A DNA stretch of 64,000 nt from an uncultured Gemmatimonadaceae bacterium (GTDB lineage Bacteria; Gemmatimonadota; Gemmatimonadetes; Gemmatimonadales; Gemmatimonadaceae): positions 1 through 64,000 of the forward strand of contig CAWJMB010000001.1 of NCBI GenBank assembly GCA_963843845.1, given 5' to 3'. The position numbers and the translations under genes were made by a program. The notes beneath the pieces were generated by a model. The model was given only the letters and a program-made list of their open reading frames with translations. It was not told where the DNA came from and ran no database searches. Below are positions 30,471-40,838 of this stretch, piece by piece. Every line of letters begins with the position of its first letter. Within the stretch, counting starts at the first letter, position 1.

Positions 30471-31847
30471 TCAACGTACGAGTACGCGGTATCCGTGCGC
30501 CGGCACGGCGATCGTTCCGCTCGCGCCGAGCGTCACCGTCGCGCCGCTGAACCAGTCCTTGAAGGTGCCGACCTGCGGCAGCCCGCCGGTGTACGCCGCC
30601 GTCACCGGCACGTCGCCGTAGTTCACGGCGACGAGCACGGTGTTCGCGCCGCGCGTGCGCGTGAACGCGAACACCCGGTCGTCGGCGTTCGTCGCGAGCT
30701 TCACCTGCGGACCGCCGGCCAGTCCGTTGCGCAGCGCGGGCTGCGTGTGGCGCAGCCGGAAGACGCGGCTGTAGAACGGCGCGAGGGACGGGCCCGTCCA
30801 GTCGATCGTGTCGCGCTCGAAGAAGCGCAGCCGCTTCGCGAGGCTCACCTCCTGCCCGGAGTAGAGCAGCGGCATCGACAACGCCGTCGTGGCGCTGAGG
30901 ATGAAGCTCGAGAAGTGGTTCGCGCCCATCCGCTCGAACTCGGTGCCGTTCCAACTGTTCTCGTCGTGGTTCGACGTGAACGTCATGCGGTACGCGTCCG
31001 CGGGATACGTGCGCGCCTGCTCGGCGAAGTAGCGGTCGAGCGCGGCGACCGGCTGCTTCCCCGTCGACAGGTCGTTCAGCAGGTGATGGAACGTCCACGC
31101 GTACGTCATGTCGAACGCCCCGTAGAACTTCGGCGCTTCCGCCTCCGCGAGCATGAAGAGCCCGGGTCGTGCCGCGCCGAGCGTCGCGCGCGCCTCACGC
31201 CAGAAGTCGTCGGGAACGCCGCCGGCCACGTCGCAGCGAAAGCCGTCGAGCTTCATCTCGTCGAGCCAGAAGCGCATGTCGGCGAGCATCGCCTGCCGCA
31301 TCGCGCGACTGTCGTAGTTCAGCTCCGCGACGTCGGTCCAGTCGGTCTCCTTCCCTTCGTTGTCGCGCGCCGTGTGGATCGAGCCGTCGGCCGCCCGCTC
31401 GTACCAGTCCGGGTGCTGCGTGATCCAGGGGTGATCGAACGCGGTGTGGTTCGGCACCCAGTCGAGGATGACCTTCATCCCCCGCGCGTGCGCCGCGTCG
31501 ACGAGCGCCTCGAAGTCGGCGCGCGTCCCGAACTCGGGGTTGAACCCCGTGTAGTCCGCGATCGAGTAGTAGCTGCCGAGCACGCCTTTGCGGTTCTTCC
31601 TGCCGATCGGCTGCACCGGCATGAGCCAGAGAATGTCGGCGCCCAACGCCTTGATCCGCGGGATCTGGCGGGTGAATGCGGCGAACGTGCCTTCGGGCGT
31701 GTACTGCCGCACGTTCACTTCGTAGATGACCGCGTCGCGCGACCACGCCGCGTGCGCGGCCGTCGTGACGCGCGGCGCCTGCGCGTCGGCGACCGTCGCG
31801 AGCGTGGCCGTGAGACCGGCAGCGAGCAGTGAGGTGAGCAGTCGCAT
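30471..31847 (-). CDS. GH13 alpha-amylase family glycosidase, secreted
   Basis: DWVPNH, GFRCDVAG, LAEAE and NHDE conserved regions. Confidence 0.93.
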   Translation of the reverse strand: MRLLTSLLAAGLTATLATVADAQAPRVTTAAHAAWSRDAVIYEVNVRQYTPEGTFAAFTRQIPRIKALGADILWLMPVQPIGRKNRKGVLGSYYSIADYTGFNPEFGTRADFEALVDAAHARGMKVILDWVPNHTAFDHPWITQHPDWYERAADGSIHTARDNEGKETDWTDVAELNYDSRAMRQAMLADMRFWLDEMKLDGFRCDVAGGVPDDFWREARATLGAARPGLFMLAEAEAPKFYGAFDMTYAWTFHHLLNDLSTGKQPVAALDRYFAEQARTYPADAYRMTFTSNHDENSWNGTEFERMGANHFSSFILSATTALSMPLLYSGQEVSLAKRLRFFERDTIDWTGPSLAPFYSRVFRLRHTQPALRNGLAGGPQVKLATNADDRVFAFTRTRGANTVLVAVNYGDVPVTAAYTGGLPQVGTFKDWFSGATVTLGASGTIAVPAHGYRVLVR

Positions 31848-31910
31848 GAGCGCGCGGTGAGTGTCGGGGGAGCAGCGCGTCGTGCGGCGTGACGCGTCGC
31901 GGACGGTGGA

Positions 31911-32681
31911 TCAATGCGTCAGGCGCCCCGCCAGGTCCACCCCGCCCGGCGGCGCCCAGAGACGCTCGGCGAAGCCGCGGCGCGCCTCGCCGTCGAGCGT
32001 CGTCAACTCCTCGACGGCGATCTGCGACGCGTAGTGCAGGGCGAGGCGTCGCTTCGTGGCGCCGTCGTCGGGCGTCGTGAGCGTGATCGGGTCGAGCCGC
32101 GTGCCGAGCGCGCGCGCGAGTGCGCGTGCCGCGTGCGCCGTCTCGGTCGCGGCGACGCGCGTGGCGTACGGCAGCTCTTCGTAGAACGCGAGGCGACCGA
32201 TCGGCGTCGCGAGGACGGCCGCGCGGTGCGCGATCCAGTGATCGACGTGCGCGCCCGGCGCCGCGAGCGGAGCGAGCACGACCGACGTGCCTGACGCCGA
32301 TCCTGCCGCGTTCCCGTGCGCGAGGGCGACGCCCAGCGACTCGCCCAGGCTCGCCGCCTCCCGCTCCGCCGCCGAGTCGCGCAATCGTGCCTCACACACC
32401 TCGTGCAGCGCCACGCCGAGTCGCAGCGGCGCGTCGAGCAGTCCGAGGTCGACGACGTCCGTCACGCCGAGCGCGGTGAGCGCGGCGCGGTCCTCCGCGG
32501 CGCGGATCGCGGAGACGGCGCGCGCGTCGCCGGCCGCGCGGTACGGGGCATGCTCGGAGCGGGTGAAGCAATTCACGACGCGCACACCGACGCCGCGCGC
32601 GACCAGCCGCCGCACGCATTCGGCGAGCGAGAACGCGGCGTCGTCCTGATGAGGAGAGACGAGAGTGACGGATGTGAGCAC
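31911..32681 (-). CDS. PIG-L/LmbE family deacetylase
   Basis: SPHQDD, R.AED, HVDH, YEELPY and YASQ motifs. Confidence 0.85.
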   Translation of the reverse strand: MLTSVTLVSPHQDDAAFSLAECVRRLVARGVGVRVVNCFTRSEHAPYRAAGDARAVSAIRAAEDRAALTALGVTDVVDLGLLDAPLRLGVALHEVCEARLRDSAAEREAASLGESLGVALAHGNAAGSASGTSVVLAPLAAPGAHVDHWIAHRAAVLATPIGRLAFYEELPYATRVAATETAHAARALARALGTRLDPITLTTPDDGATKRRLALHYASQIAVEELTTLDGEARRGFAERLWAPPGGVDLAGRLTH

Positions 32682-33830
32682 GTTGCAGGCAAGCTACGCG
32701 AGCGCACGCGCGGTACCCCCGGCCGACGCGCCGTACCCCGCGGCGCACATCGCCGCGCTGCGCGACGCCGGTTCGCTCGCGGCGCCGCTGCCGGCATCGT
32801 GCGGCGGCGCCGGGCTCGGACTCGCGCCCGGCACGACGCACGCGCTGCTGCGCCTGCTCGCGTCGGTCGGGCACACCGATCTCAGCACGGGGCGGCTCTA
32901 CGAGGGGCACGTCGACGCGCTGCTGACGATCGCGCGCTACGGCACGCCGGCCCAGCTCTCGCGCGTCGCGCGCCGCGTCCGCACCGGCGCGCTGCTCGGC
33001 GTGTGGAACACGGGGCCCGAGGCGGGGGCGTGCAGATCACGCCGCGGGACGGCGGCGTCCGGCTGCGCGGACGCAAGACGTTCGCGTCGGGCGCCGGCCA
33101 CACGTGGGGCGCGGTCGTCACCGGCGCCCTGCCGGACGGGGCGTGGCAGATGTGCGTCGTGCCGATGCGGGCCGTGCTGCGCGCCGGCGCCGCCGCGGTC
33201 GACACGAGCCTCTGGCACCCGCTCGGCATGCACGCCTCCGCGAGCTACGCCGTCGACTTCCACGACGCGTGCCTTCCCGCGTGGTGTGTGCTGGGCGCGC
33301 CCGGCGACTACTACCGGCAGCCGCGCTTCACCGGCGGCGCGATCCGATTCGCCGCCGTGCAGCTCGGCGGCGCGACGCGGCTGGTCGACGAGCTGTGCAC
33401 GTTCCTCCGTGCGACCGGGCGGGGCGACGACCCTCACCAGCTCGCGCGCGTCGGCGAGGCGACGACGCTGCTCGCGTCGAGTGCCGCGCTGCTTCGCGAC
33501 GCCGCCGCTGCCGCGGAGCGATACGCCGCGGCGGCGCGGCCGGCACCGGCCGATCGAGGCGCGGAGCACGCGGACGACGTCTCGGCCGTGCTCGCCTACG
33601 CGAACGCCGCGCGCACCGCCGTCGCCGAATGCTGCGTGCGGGTGTGCGAGCTCGTGCAGCGGAGCGTCGGCGCGCGCGGGCTGCTCGAGCCGCAGCCGTT
33701 CGCGCCGATCGTGCGCGACCTGCTGATGTACCTGCGCCAGCCCGCCCCCGACGCCGCGCTCGCCGACGTCGGCCGCTTCGCGTTAGGCGGTTCGTCGTCG
33801 GTCGCGACGCGGCTGTGGGATTCGCCGTGA
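32665..33830 (+). CDS. Acyl-CoA dehydrogenase-like flavoprotein, frameshift near 33030 (start uncertain)
   Basis: GRLYEGHVDA, GRKTFASGA, WHPLGMHAS.S, GAIRFAAVQLGG and RDLLMYLRQP motifs. Confidence 0.85.
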
Positions 33831-34411
33831 GCGACACCCCCGCCGAGTCGCTCTCCCCGGCGTACTTCGACGACGTGTACGCGGCGCACGAGGATCCGTG
33901 GCACTTCGCGACGAGCGCCTACGAGGCCGCGAAGTACCGGGCGACGCTCGATGCGCTACCGCGCCCGCGCTACCGCTCGGCGTTCGAGATCGGCTGCTCG
34001 ATCGGCGTGCTCACCCGGCAGCTCGCGGCGCGGTGCGACACCCTGCTCGCCGTCGACGTCGCCGAGCGCGCGCTGGCGCGGGCCCGCGAACGCACGCGCG
34101 AGCTGCCGAACGTTTCGGTCGCGCGGCTTCGCGTTCCGGACGAGGACCCCGGCGGACGCTACGACCTCGTGCTCGTCTCCGAGGTCGGCTACTACTGGTC
34201 ACCGACCGATCTCGGTCGCGCGCTCACGCTGATCGCCGCGCGGCTCGACCCGGGCGGACACCTCGTGCTCGTGCACTGGACACCGGTCGTCGCCGACTAT
34301 CCGCTCACCGGCGACGCCGTTCACGAGATCGCGCTCGCGCGACCCGAGTTCGTTCACGTCGCCGGCTCGAGAGCGGAGCGGTACCGGCTCGACGTGGTGG
34401 CCCGGCGCTGA
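33827..34411 (+). CDS. NodS-like class I SAM-dependent methyltransferase
   Basis: YF...Y....DPW...S.YE..KY, EIGCSIG, SEVGYY and LVHW motifs. Confidence 0.9.
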   Translation: MSDTPAESLSPAYFDDVYAAHEDPWHFATSAYEAAKYRATLDALPRPRYRSAFEIGCSIGVLTRQLAARCDTLLAVDVAERALARARERTRELPNVSVARLRVPDEDPGGRYDLVLVSEVGYYWSPTDLGRALTLIAARLDPGGHLVLVHWTPVVADYPLTGDAVHEIALARPEFVHVAGSRAERYRLDVVARR

Positions 34412-35628
34412 GGGCGCGCCTTCCAGTCGCTCACGCGGATCCGCAGCGCCTCGACCGCCGCGCGCACGTCCTCGAACCGCGCCCCGTGGCGCGCCTCGTT
34501 CCAGCCCCGGACGAACCGCTGCCGCAGCTCGCTCCGCGCGATGCACGCGTCGACGCTCGGCGCGGCGAGCATCGTCTCGCGCAGCGACGACGACGTCAGG
34601 CGGAGCCGCGCGGCGAGGCGCGCGACCTGCTCGCCGCCCACCCACGCGCCCGCCCCGCGGTCGAGCCGCGTGTGGAGGCGGCGCAGCCGACGTCTCGTGA
34701 GCGCCCACCGCTCCAGGAACGCCGCCGACTCGACCGGCCACGCCCGCCGCGCGCGCCCGACGTCGACCCACTCCGCGAGCTGCGTCGCGAGCCCGACGTG
34801 CGCGCGCCCCCGGCACCGCGTCGACGTGCGCACCCGGACGTGCGGGCTGTGACGCACGCGCAGCCCCGCGCGCAGCGCGCGCTCGTAGAAGCGCACGTCC
34901 TCGAGCGCCTCGACCGCCTCGAGCCCGCCGACGCGCGCGTACGCGTCCGCCGTGACGGCGAGACTCGCGCCGAAGTGCTGGTGGTGCCGCGGCCACGGGT
35001 CGTGCGGGTCGGGATCGATCAGGGCATCGAGCGCCGCGGCGAGGTGGTGGTAGCCCGCGTCGTACAGGTAGAGCTCGCGCGCCGCGGCGGGGAGACGATC
35101 GAGCGACGCGGCGACGATCCGCCCGCCGACGACGTCCGCCCCCCTCGCGATCTCGCGCCGGGTCGCGGCGATCCAGTCGGGCGCGACGACCGAGTCGGCG
35201 TCGGTCGTCGCGATCACCCGCCGCGCGGCGTGCGATGCGGCGAGCCGGTGCCACGCGGCGTCCATCGCCAGCTGCCGCGCGCGTCCGCTGTGCGCCTCGT
35301 GCGACGCGAGCGCGACCTCGACGACCTGCACGCGCAGACTCGGCATCGCACGCGCCGCCTCCCGGGCGATCGCCGCCGTCGCGTCGGCGCAGTTGTTCGC
35401 GACGACGAGCACCTCGTAGCGTCGTGGGTCGAGCGCACGTCCGCGCCGGTCGCGCTGCGCGGCGAGCGCGGCGAGCGTCGCGCCGATCGTGGCCGCCTCG
35501 TCACGCGCCGGAACGGCGACCACGGTCGCGCACCGCGCGTCGACTGGCGCGGGTGCGAGTGGCGAACGCACTCGCACCTCGTCGATTCTCTCGCTCGCCA
35601 TCACACTCCGGACCGGGTCGTGGGCCAT
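34354..35628 (-). CDS. Glycosyltransferase family 2
   Basis: VPARDE, NNCAD.T, TTDAD, HFGASLA and LED motifs. Confidence 0.9.
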   Translation of the reverse strand: MAHDPVRSVMASERIDEVRVRSPLAPAPVDARCATVVAVPARDEAATIGATLAALAAQRDRRGRALDPRRYEVLVVANNCADATAAIAREAARAMPSLRVQVVEVALASHEAHSGRARQLAMDAAWHRLAASHAARRVIATTDADSVVAPDWIAATRREIARGADVVGGRIVAASLDRLPAAARELYLYDAGYHHLAAALDALIDPDPHDPWPRHHQHFGASLAVTADAYARVGGLEAVEALEDVRFYERALRAGLRVRHSPHVRVRTSTRCRGRAHVGLATQLAEWVDVGRARRAWPVESAAFLERWALTRRRLRRLHTRLDRGAGAWVGGEQVARLAARLRLTSSSLRETMLAAPSVDACIARSELRQRFVRGWNEARHGARFEDVRAAVEALRIRVSDWKARPQRRATTSSRYRSALEPAT

Positions 35629-35686
35629 CCCGCCCCGCCGTATACGAATCAGTCGTGCCAGCGCGCCCGCGCGCGCCGAAAACGGC

Positions 35687-36655
35687 CTACTCCGATGGCG
35701 CCGGCCCTTCGTCGGCGTCGGCCGCGAGATGGGCGACGAGCCCCGTCACCCCGTGGTGCCCGGCATTGCGCCCCGCCGCCACGTTCGCCGCGCGCAGCGC
35801 GTCGGGCAGTGCCGCCCCTGCGAGCAGCCGCGCGAACGCCGTCGCGCCCCACACGTCGCCGCACCCCGTCGGGTCGACGTCGGCGCCGCGCCGCACCGTC
35901 GCCGGCGGCACCACGACGCCGTGTGGCGCCGAGTCGGCATCGGCGGCGGCGTGATAGACGGCGCCGCGCGGGCCCAGGGTCACCATCGTGCAGCGGACCC
36001 CGGCGTCGTGCGCCAGCGCCGCCAGCGCGTCGAGCGACGGAGCGAGCATCGCCATCTCCGCCTCGTTCACCTGGATGTAGTCGAAGCAGCGGCACCACTC
36101 GCGCGCGTGGTCGAGCGGACGGAGGTGGCGCAGGCCGGACGGCTGCACGGCCCACAGCAACATGTGCAGGTCGCCGTAGATCGGCCCGCGGAACCGCGCG
36201 CGGATCCGCTCCGCCACGTGCAGGTCGATCTCCCACCCGCCGAGGAAGTTCACGTATAGCGCGTCGAGCCGCGCGGCGTCGAGTCGCGGCGCGAGCTCCT
36301 CCCACGTCCACCCCGGCACGCCGCCGCTCATGCACTCGCTGCGGTGCTCGTCGTCGTGGTAGCGCAGCTCGGAGCGATTGTTCGGCTCGGGCACCTCGAC
36401 GAGCGCGGCGTCCGGGGCGACGTGGCGCAGACCCGCGACGAACGTGCGGGCCTGCGCCGCGACGTCGTGTCCGACCTTCACGAGCGGCACGATCTCCCAG
36501 TCGTCGCCCAACGCGGCGTCGAGCCCGCTCAGCGCGTAGGCGAGGCCACCCCATCCTTCGACGCGCGCACGCTTCGGCGGGACGCCGTGGATGACGTCCC
36601 AGACGAGCGTGCCGATGACGCCGATGCGGCGGCGGATGCGTTCGGGCGCGAGCAT
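35687..36655 (-). CDS. PfkB family carbohydrate kinase
   Basis: QVNEAE, VTLGPRG and DPTGCGD motifs. Confidence 0.88.
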   Translation of the reverse strand: MLAPERIRRRIGVIGTLVWDVIHGVPPKRARVEGWGGLAYALSGLDAALGDDWEIVPLVKVGHDVAAQARTFVAGLRHVAPDAALVEVPEPNNRSELRYHDDEHRSECMSGGVPGWTWEELAPRLDAARLDALYVNFLGGWEIDLHVAERIRARFRGPIYGDLHMLLWAVQPSGLRHLRPLDHAREWCRCFDYIQVNEAEMAMLAPSLDALAALAHDAGVRCTMVTLGPRGAVYHAAADADSAPHGVVVPPATVRRGADVDPTGCGDVWGATAFARLLAGAALPDALRAANVAAGRNAGHHGVTGLVAHLAADADEGPAPSE

Positions 36656-36780
36656 CGCGTGAAGGTAACCGTCCGCTCCGGGCGGTCTCTCGCGCCGTCC
36701 GCCCGGCCGTCGCGACGCCGAGCGGCCGGCCGCGACGGACGCTTCCGTGCCGAACGCGCTGCGAGGGGGAGAGAGGGTGG

Positions 36781-37326
36781 CTAGCGCGGAACGACCTCGA
36801 CGACGAGCTCGATCTCGACCGGGATGTCGAGCGGCAGCTCGTTCGCCGAGACGGCGGTGCGCGCATGGCGGCCGGCCTCGCCGAAGATCTCGACGAGCAG
36901 GTCCGAGGCGCCGTTGATGACCCACGGCTGCCGCGTGAACCCCGGCGCGCTGTTCACCCAGCCGGTGAGCTTCACGATCCGCCGGACGCGGTCGAGCGAC
37001 CCGATCTCCGCGCGGAGCGCGGCGAGCGCGTTGAGGACCGTCGCGCGCGCCGCCTGGTAGCCGGCCGCCTCGGACACCGCGCCGCCGACCTTTCCGGTGA
37101 TCGTCGGCTGCCCGTTCACCATCGGGCCCTGTCCGGCGAGGAAGACGAGGTTGCCGGTGCGCACCGCGGGGACGTAGTTGGCGAGGGCGCGCGGCGCGGG
37201 CGGCAGCTCCAGGCCGGCGGATCTGAGCCGCTCCTCGGGGGTCGCGGCGGCCTGCCCACGCGAGACGGCGGGGGCGATGGCGAGCGCCGCGCACAGGAGT
37301 GCGCCTGCGGATCGACGCGTGCTCAC
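36781..37326 (-). CDS. RidA/YjgF superfamily protein with an N-terminal signal-like peptide
   Basis: ANYVP...FLAGQGP, NGASDLL..IFG..GRHAR.A and VEIE motifs. Confidence 0.9.
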   Translation of the reverse strand: MSTRRSAGALLCAALAIAPAVSRGQAAATPEERLRSAGLELPPAPRALANYVPAVRTGNLVFLAGQGPMVNGQPTITGKVGGAVSEAAGYQAARATVLNALAALRAEIGSLDRVRRIVKLTGWVNSAPGFTRQPWVINGASDLLVEIFGEAGRHARTAVSANELPLDIPVEIELVVEVVPR

Positions 37327-38273
37327 GGCGCCACCGGCTGCGCCTTCGTGACCAGCTCGATCGTCACGGGCTGCTCGGCGCGCACCGTCTCGTCGTGCAG
37401 GAGCCGGTAGACGGAGTGCATCGCGGCGCGCCCCATCTGCGCCGGCGATTGCGCGATCGTCGCGGTCATGCGCCCCGCCTGGATCGCCGCCCGCGCGTCG
37501 TCCTGCGCGTCGAAGCCGACGACGACGATGCGGCCGGTCTTCCCTGCCGCCGCGATCGCCTCGACGGCGCCCAACGCCATGACGTCGTTGCAGGCGAACA
37601 CCGCCTGCACGTCGGGGTGCGACTGCAGCGTGTTCTGCATGACCGTGAACCCGAGGTCGCGCTCCCAGTTCGCCGGCTGCGAGCTGACGACGCGCACGTC
37701 CGGATGGGCGCCCAACGCGTCCCGGAAGCCGCGCAGCCGCGCGTCCCCCGATTCGTGGCCGGGGATGCCTTCGATGACCGCGACGGTCCCTCTGCCGCCC
37801 AGCTGCTCGGCGATGAACCTGCCGGCGATGCGGCCGCCGTCCGCGTTGTCGGAGCCGATGAACGTCGCGACCCGGCCGCCCGCCTGGCGCAGCGCCGCCG
37901 TGTCGACGCGGGTGTCGACGATCGCCACCGGGATCCCCGCCTGATTCGCCTTCACGATCGCCGGCACGATCTCGCGCGACCCGCTCGGCACGAGGGCGAT
38001 CGCGGCGACGCGGCGCTGGATCAGATTCTCGACGATCCGCATCTGCGCCTCGACGTCGATCTCGCGCTCGGGCGCCTGCACGACCAGCTCCAATCCGAGG
38101 CTGTCGGCGGCGGCGCGCGCGCCCCGCTCCATGTCGATGAAGAACGGGTTGTTCATCGTCTTCGGCACGAGCGCCACCGTCGGCCTCGCGCCGGCCGCGC
38201 CCTCACCCGCTCCGCCACGATTGCAGGCGGCGACGAACGCCACCGCCGCGAGCCCGAGCCACGTCCGAGTCAT
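37323..38273 (-). CDS. Sugar ABC transporter substrate-binding lipoprotein (RbsB-like)
   Basis: VAAC lipobox; NNPFF, IGSDN, ANW.R, NDVMALG and GFDA motifs. Confidence 0.9.
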   Translation of the reverse strand: MTRTWLGLAAVAFVAACNRGGAGEGAAGARPTVALVPKTMNNPFFIDMERGARAAADSLGLELVVQAPEREIDVEAQMRIVENLIQRRVAAIALVPSGSREIVPAIVKANQAGIPVAIVDTRVDTAALRQAGGRVATFIGSDNADGGRIAGRFIAEQLGGRGTVAVIEGIPGHESGDARLRGFRDALGAHPDVRVVSSQPANWERDLGFTVMQNTLQSHPDVQAVFACNDVMALGAVEAIAAAGKTGRIVVVGFDAQDDARAAIQAGRMTATIAQSPAQMGRAAMHSVYRLLHDETVRAEQPVTIELVTKAQPVAP

Positions 38274-38275
38274 CT

Positions 38276-39263
38276 TCACCGCTCCGTAGGAAGGCGCGCC
38301 CGTCGGCGCAGCGCCATGTCGACGAGGACCGCCGCGACGATCACCGTGCCGATCGCGATCTGCTGCACGTACGACGAGACGCCGAGCAAGTTCAACCCGT
38401 TGCGCAGCACGCTCATGATGAGCGCGCCGATGAGCGTGCCGAGCACCGAGCCCGCGCCGCCCACCAGGCGACGCGCCGCCGATGACGACCGCGGCGATCG
38501 CGTCGAGCTCGTAGCCGATCCCGGCGATCGGCTGTGCGGAGTTCAGGCGCGCGATGAGCAGCAGCGACGTCACGGCGCTGAGCAGGCCGCTGACGCCGTA
38601 GACCGCGGCCTTGTAGCCGCGAACGTTCACGCCGGAGAGCGCCGTCGCCTCCTCGTTGCCGCCGATCGCGTACGTGTAGCGCCCCGGCGTCGTGCGCACG
38701 AGCACGAACGGCGCGACCGCGTAGAGCGCGAGCATGAGCAGCACGGGCACCGGCAGCCCCGCGACGTGCCCGGTCGCGAGCGTCCGGAACGACGCCGGGA
38801 ACGGCGAGATCGGCCGGCCGTCGGCGAGCACGAGCGCCGCACCGCGCGCGACGCTCATCATGCCTAGCGTCGCGATGAACGGCGGCAGCCGCCCGATCGT
38901 GACGAGCGCGCCGTTCACGAGCCCGCACAGCGCGCCGACCGAGAGGCAGCCGACGACGCCGAGCGCGACCGGCACCCCGGCCCGCACGCCGAGTCCCATG
39001 ACGATCCCGGCGAGCGCGACGATCGAGCCGACGGAGAGATCGATGCCGCCGGTGAGGATCACGAACGTCATCCCGATCGCGAGCACACCGATGATCGCGC
39101 TCTGCTCGACGACGTTGACGAGATTCGAGACGGTCGCGAAGTAGGGCGTCGCCGCCCACAGCGCGACGCACAGCACGAGCAGCCCGGCGAGCGTGCCGAC
39201 CTCGCGCGACCGCGTCACGGTCGCGATGCGCGCCACGCGCGTCGTGCGCGTCGTGCGCGTCAT
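38276..39263 (-). CDS. Sugar ABC transporter permease (RbsC-like), frameshift near 38465
   Basis: GGIDLSVG, PPFIATLG, AIGGNEEA and YELDAIAAVVIGG motifs. Confidence 0.9.
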
Positions 39264-39270
39264 GCGCGGC

Positions 39271-40800
39271 TCACCCGCCCACCGCCGCGGCGAGGAGCCG
39301 CTCCTGCGTCATGCCCCCCCCCGCCCGCGCGAACTCGCTCACGACGCGGCCGCCGCGCATCACGAGGGCGCGGTCCGCCAGCCCCACGATCTCCGGCAGC
39401 TCCGACGAGATCAGCACGATGCCGACGCCGCGTGAGACGAGCTGCGCGATCAGCGTGTAGATCTCCTGCTTCGCCCCCACGTCGACGCCGCGCGTCGGCT
39501 CGTCGAGGATCAGGACGTCGACGTCGCACGCGAGCCACTTCGCGAGCACGACCTTCTGCTGATTCCCGCCGCTCAGCTGCAGCACGCGCCGCTCGGCCGA
39601 CGGCGTCCGGATGCGCAGGTCGCGCACGAAGCGCTCGGCCGTCTCGCGCTCGGCGCGGCGGCGCACGACGCCGAAGCGACTCAGTCGGCGCAGCACCGGG
39701 AGCGCGACGTTGTCGCGGATCGAGCGGCCGAGCACGAGCCCCTGCCCCGTACGGTCCTCGGTGACGAAGCCGATCCCGGCGCGGATCGCCGCGCGCGGCC
39801 CGCGAATGCGCTGCACGCGGCCACGCACGGAGATCGTTCCGCTGTCGAGCGCATCGAGCCCGAACACGGCGCGCGCGACTTCGGTGCGCCCGGCACCCAT
39901 CAGCCCCGCGAGGCCGACGATCTCGCCGGCGTGCACGGTGAAGCTCACGTCGTCGAGCGCGCCGCGGCGCGTCAGGCGCTCGACGCGCAGCAGCTCCGCG
40001 CTCCGACCGGGGCCGCACGCCACCGTCGCCTTCGGCATCTCCGCTTCCAGCGTGCGGTTCGCCATCGCGCGGACGAGGGCATCGCGATCGACGTGACGGA
40101 TCTCGTGCGTCGCGACGTGGCGCCCGTCGCGCAGCACCGTGACACGGTCGCCGATCTCGAAGATCTCGTCGAGGCGGTGCGAGATGTAGACGACCGCGAC
40201 GCCCTCGGCCGTGAGGCCGCGGATCGCGCCGAAGAGCGCGCGCGTCTCGCGGTCGCTGAGCGCCGACGTCGGCTCGTCCATGACGAGGATGCGCGCGTGC
40301 AGCGACAGCGCTCGCGCGATCTCGACGAGCTGCCGTTGCGCGATGCCGAGCGCGCTCACCGGCGTGCTCGCGGCGAACGACGCGCCGACGCGGTCCAGGA
40401 GCGCCTGCGCGCGCGTCGTCATCGTGGCGCGGTCGACGAGCGTCGGCAGCGTCGTCGGCTCGCGTCCGAGGAAGACGTTCTCGGCCGCCGTCAGCGACGG
40501 CACGAGAGTGAGCTCCTGGTAGATGATGCCGACGCCGAGCGCGCGCGCGTGGCGCGGCCCGGCGATCTCCACCTCGCGCGGCTGGCCGGCGCCGACCGAC
40601 GCGTCGATCCAGATGCGGCCGGCGTCCTTGCGGTGCGCCCCGCTCAGGATCTTCACGAGGGTCGACTTGCCGGCACCGTTCTCCCCCAGGAGCACGTGGA
40701 CCTCGCCCTTGCGCACCTCGAGGTCCACGCCGCCCAGCGCGAGCACGCCGGGGAACGCCTTGCGGATCCCGTGCATCCGCAGCGCGACGCCGTCGGTCAC
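39271..40800 (-). CDS. Sugar ABC transporter ATP-binding protein (RbsA-like)
   Basis: GENGAGKST, DEPT and LSGGNQQK motifs; tandem nucleotide-binding domains. Confidence 0.93.
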   Translation of the reverse strand: MTDGVALRMHGIRKAFPGVLALGGVDLEVRKGEVHVLLGENGAGKSTLVKILSGAHRKDAGRIWIDASVGAGQPREVEIAGPRHARALGVGIIYQELTLVPSLTAAENVFLGREPTTLPTLVDRATMTTRAQALLDRVGASFAASTPVSALGIAQRQLVEIARALSLHARILVMDEPTSALSDRETRALFGAIRGLTAEGVAVVYISHRLDEIFEIGDRVTVLRDGRHVATHEIRHVDRDALVRAMANRTLEAEMPKATVACGPGRSAELLRVERLTRRGALDDVSFTVHAGEIVGLAGLMGAGRTEVARAVFGLDALDSGTISVRGRVQRIRGPRAAIRAGIGFVTEDRTGQGLVLGRSIRDNVALPVLRRLSRFGVVRRRAERETAERFVRDLRIRTPSAERRVLQLSGGNQQKVVLAKWLACDVDVLILDEPTRGVDVGAKQEIYTLIAQLVSRGVGIVLISSELPEIVGLADRALVMRGGRVVSEFARAGGGMTQERLLAAAVGG

Positions 40801-40838
40801 GGCGCGCGATCCAGGTTCCCGAGTCGTCGGTACGGGTG

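Noticed and set aside
37323..39263. Apparent permease/binding-protein fusion in the ORF track
   Set aside because: Artefact of the frameshift near 38465; the permease C-terminus is in another frame (38276-38464).
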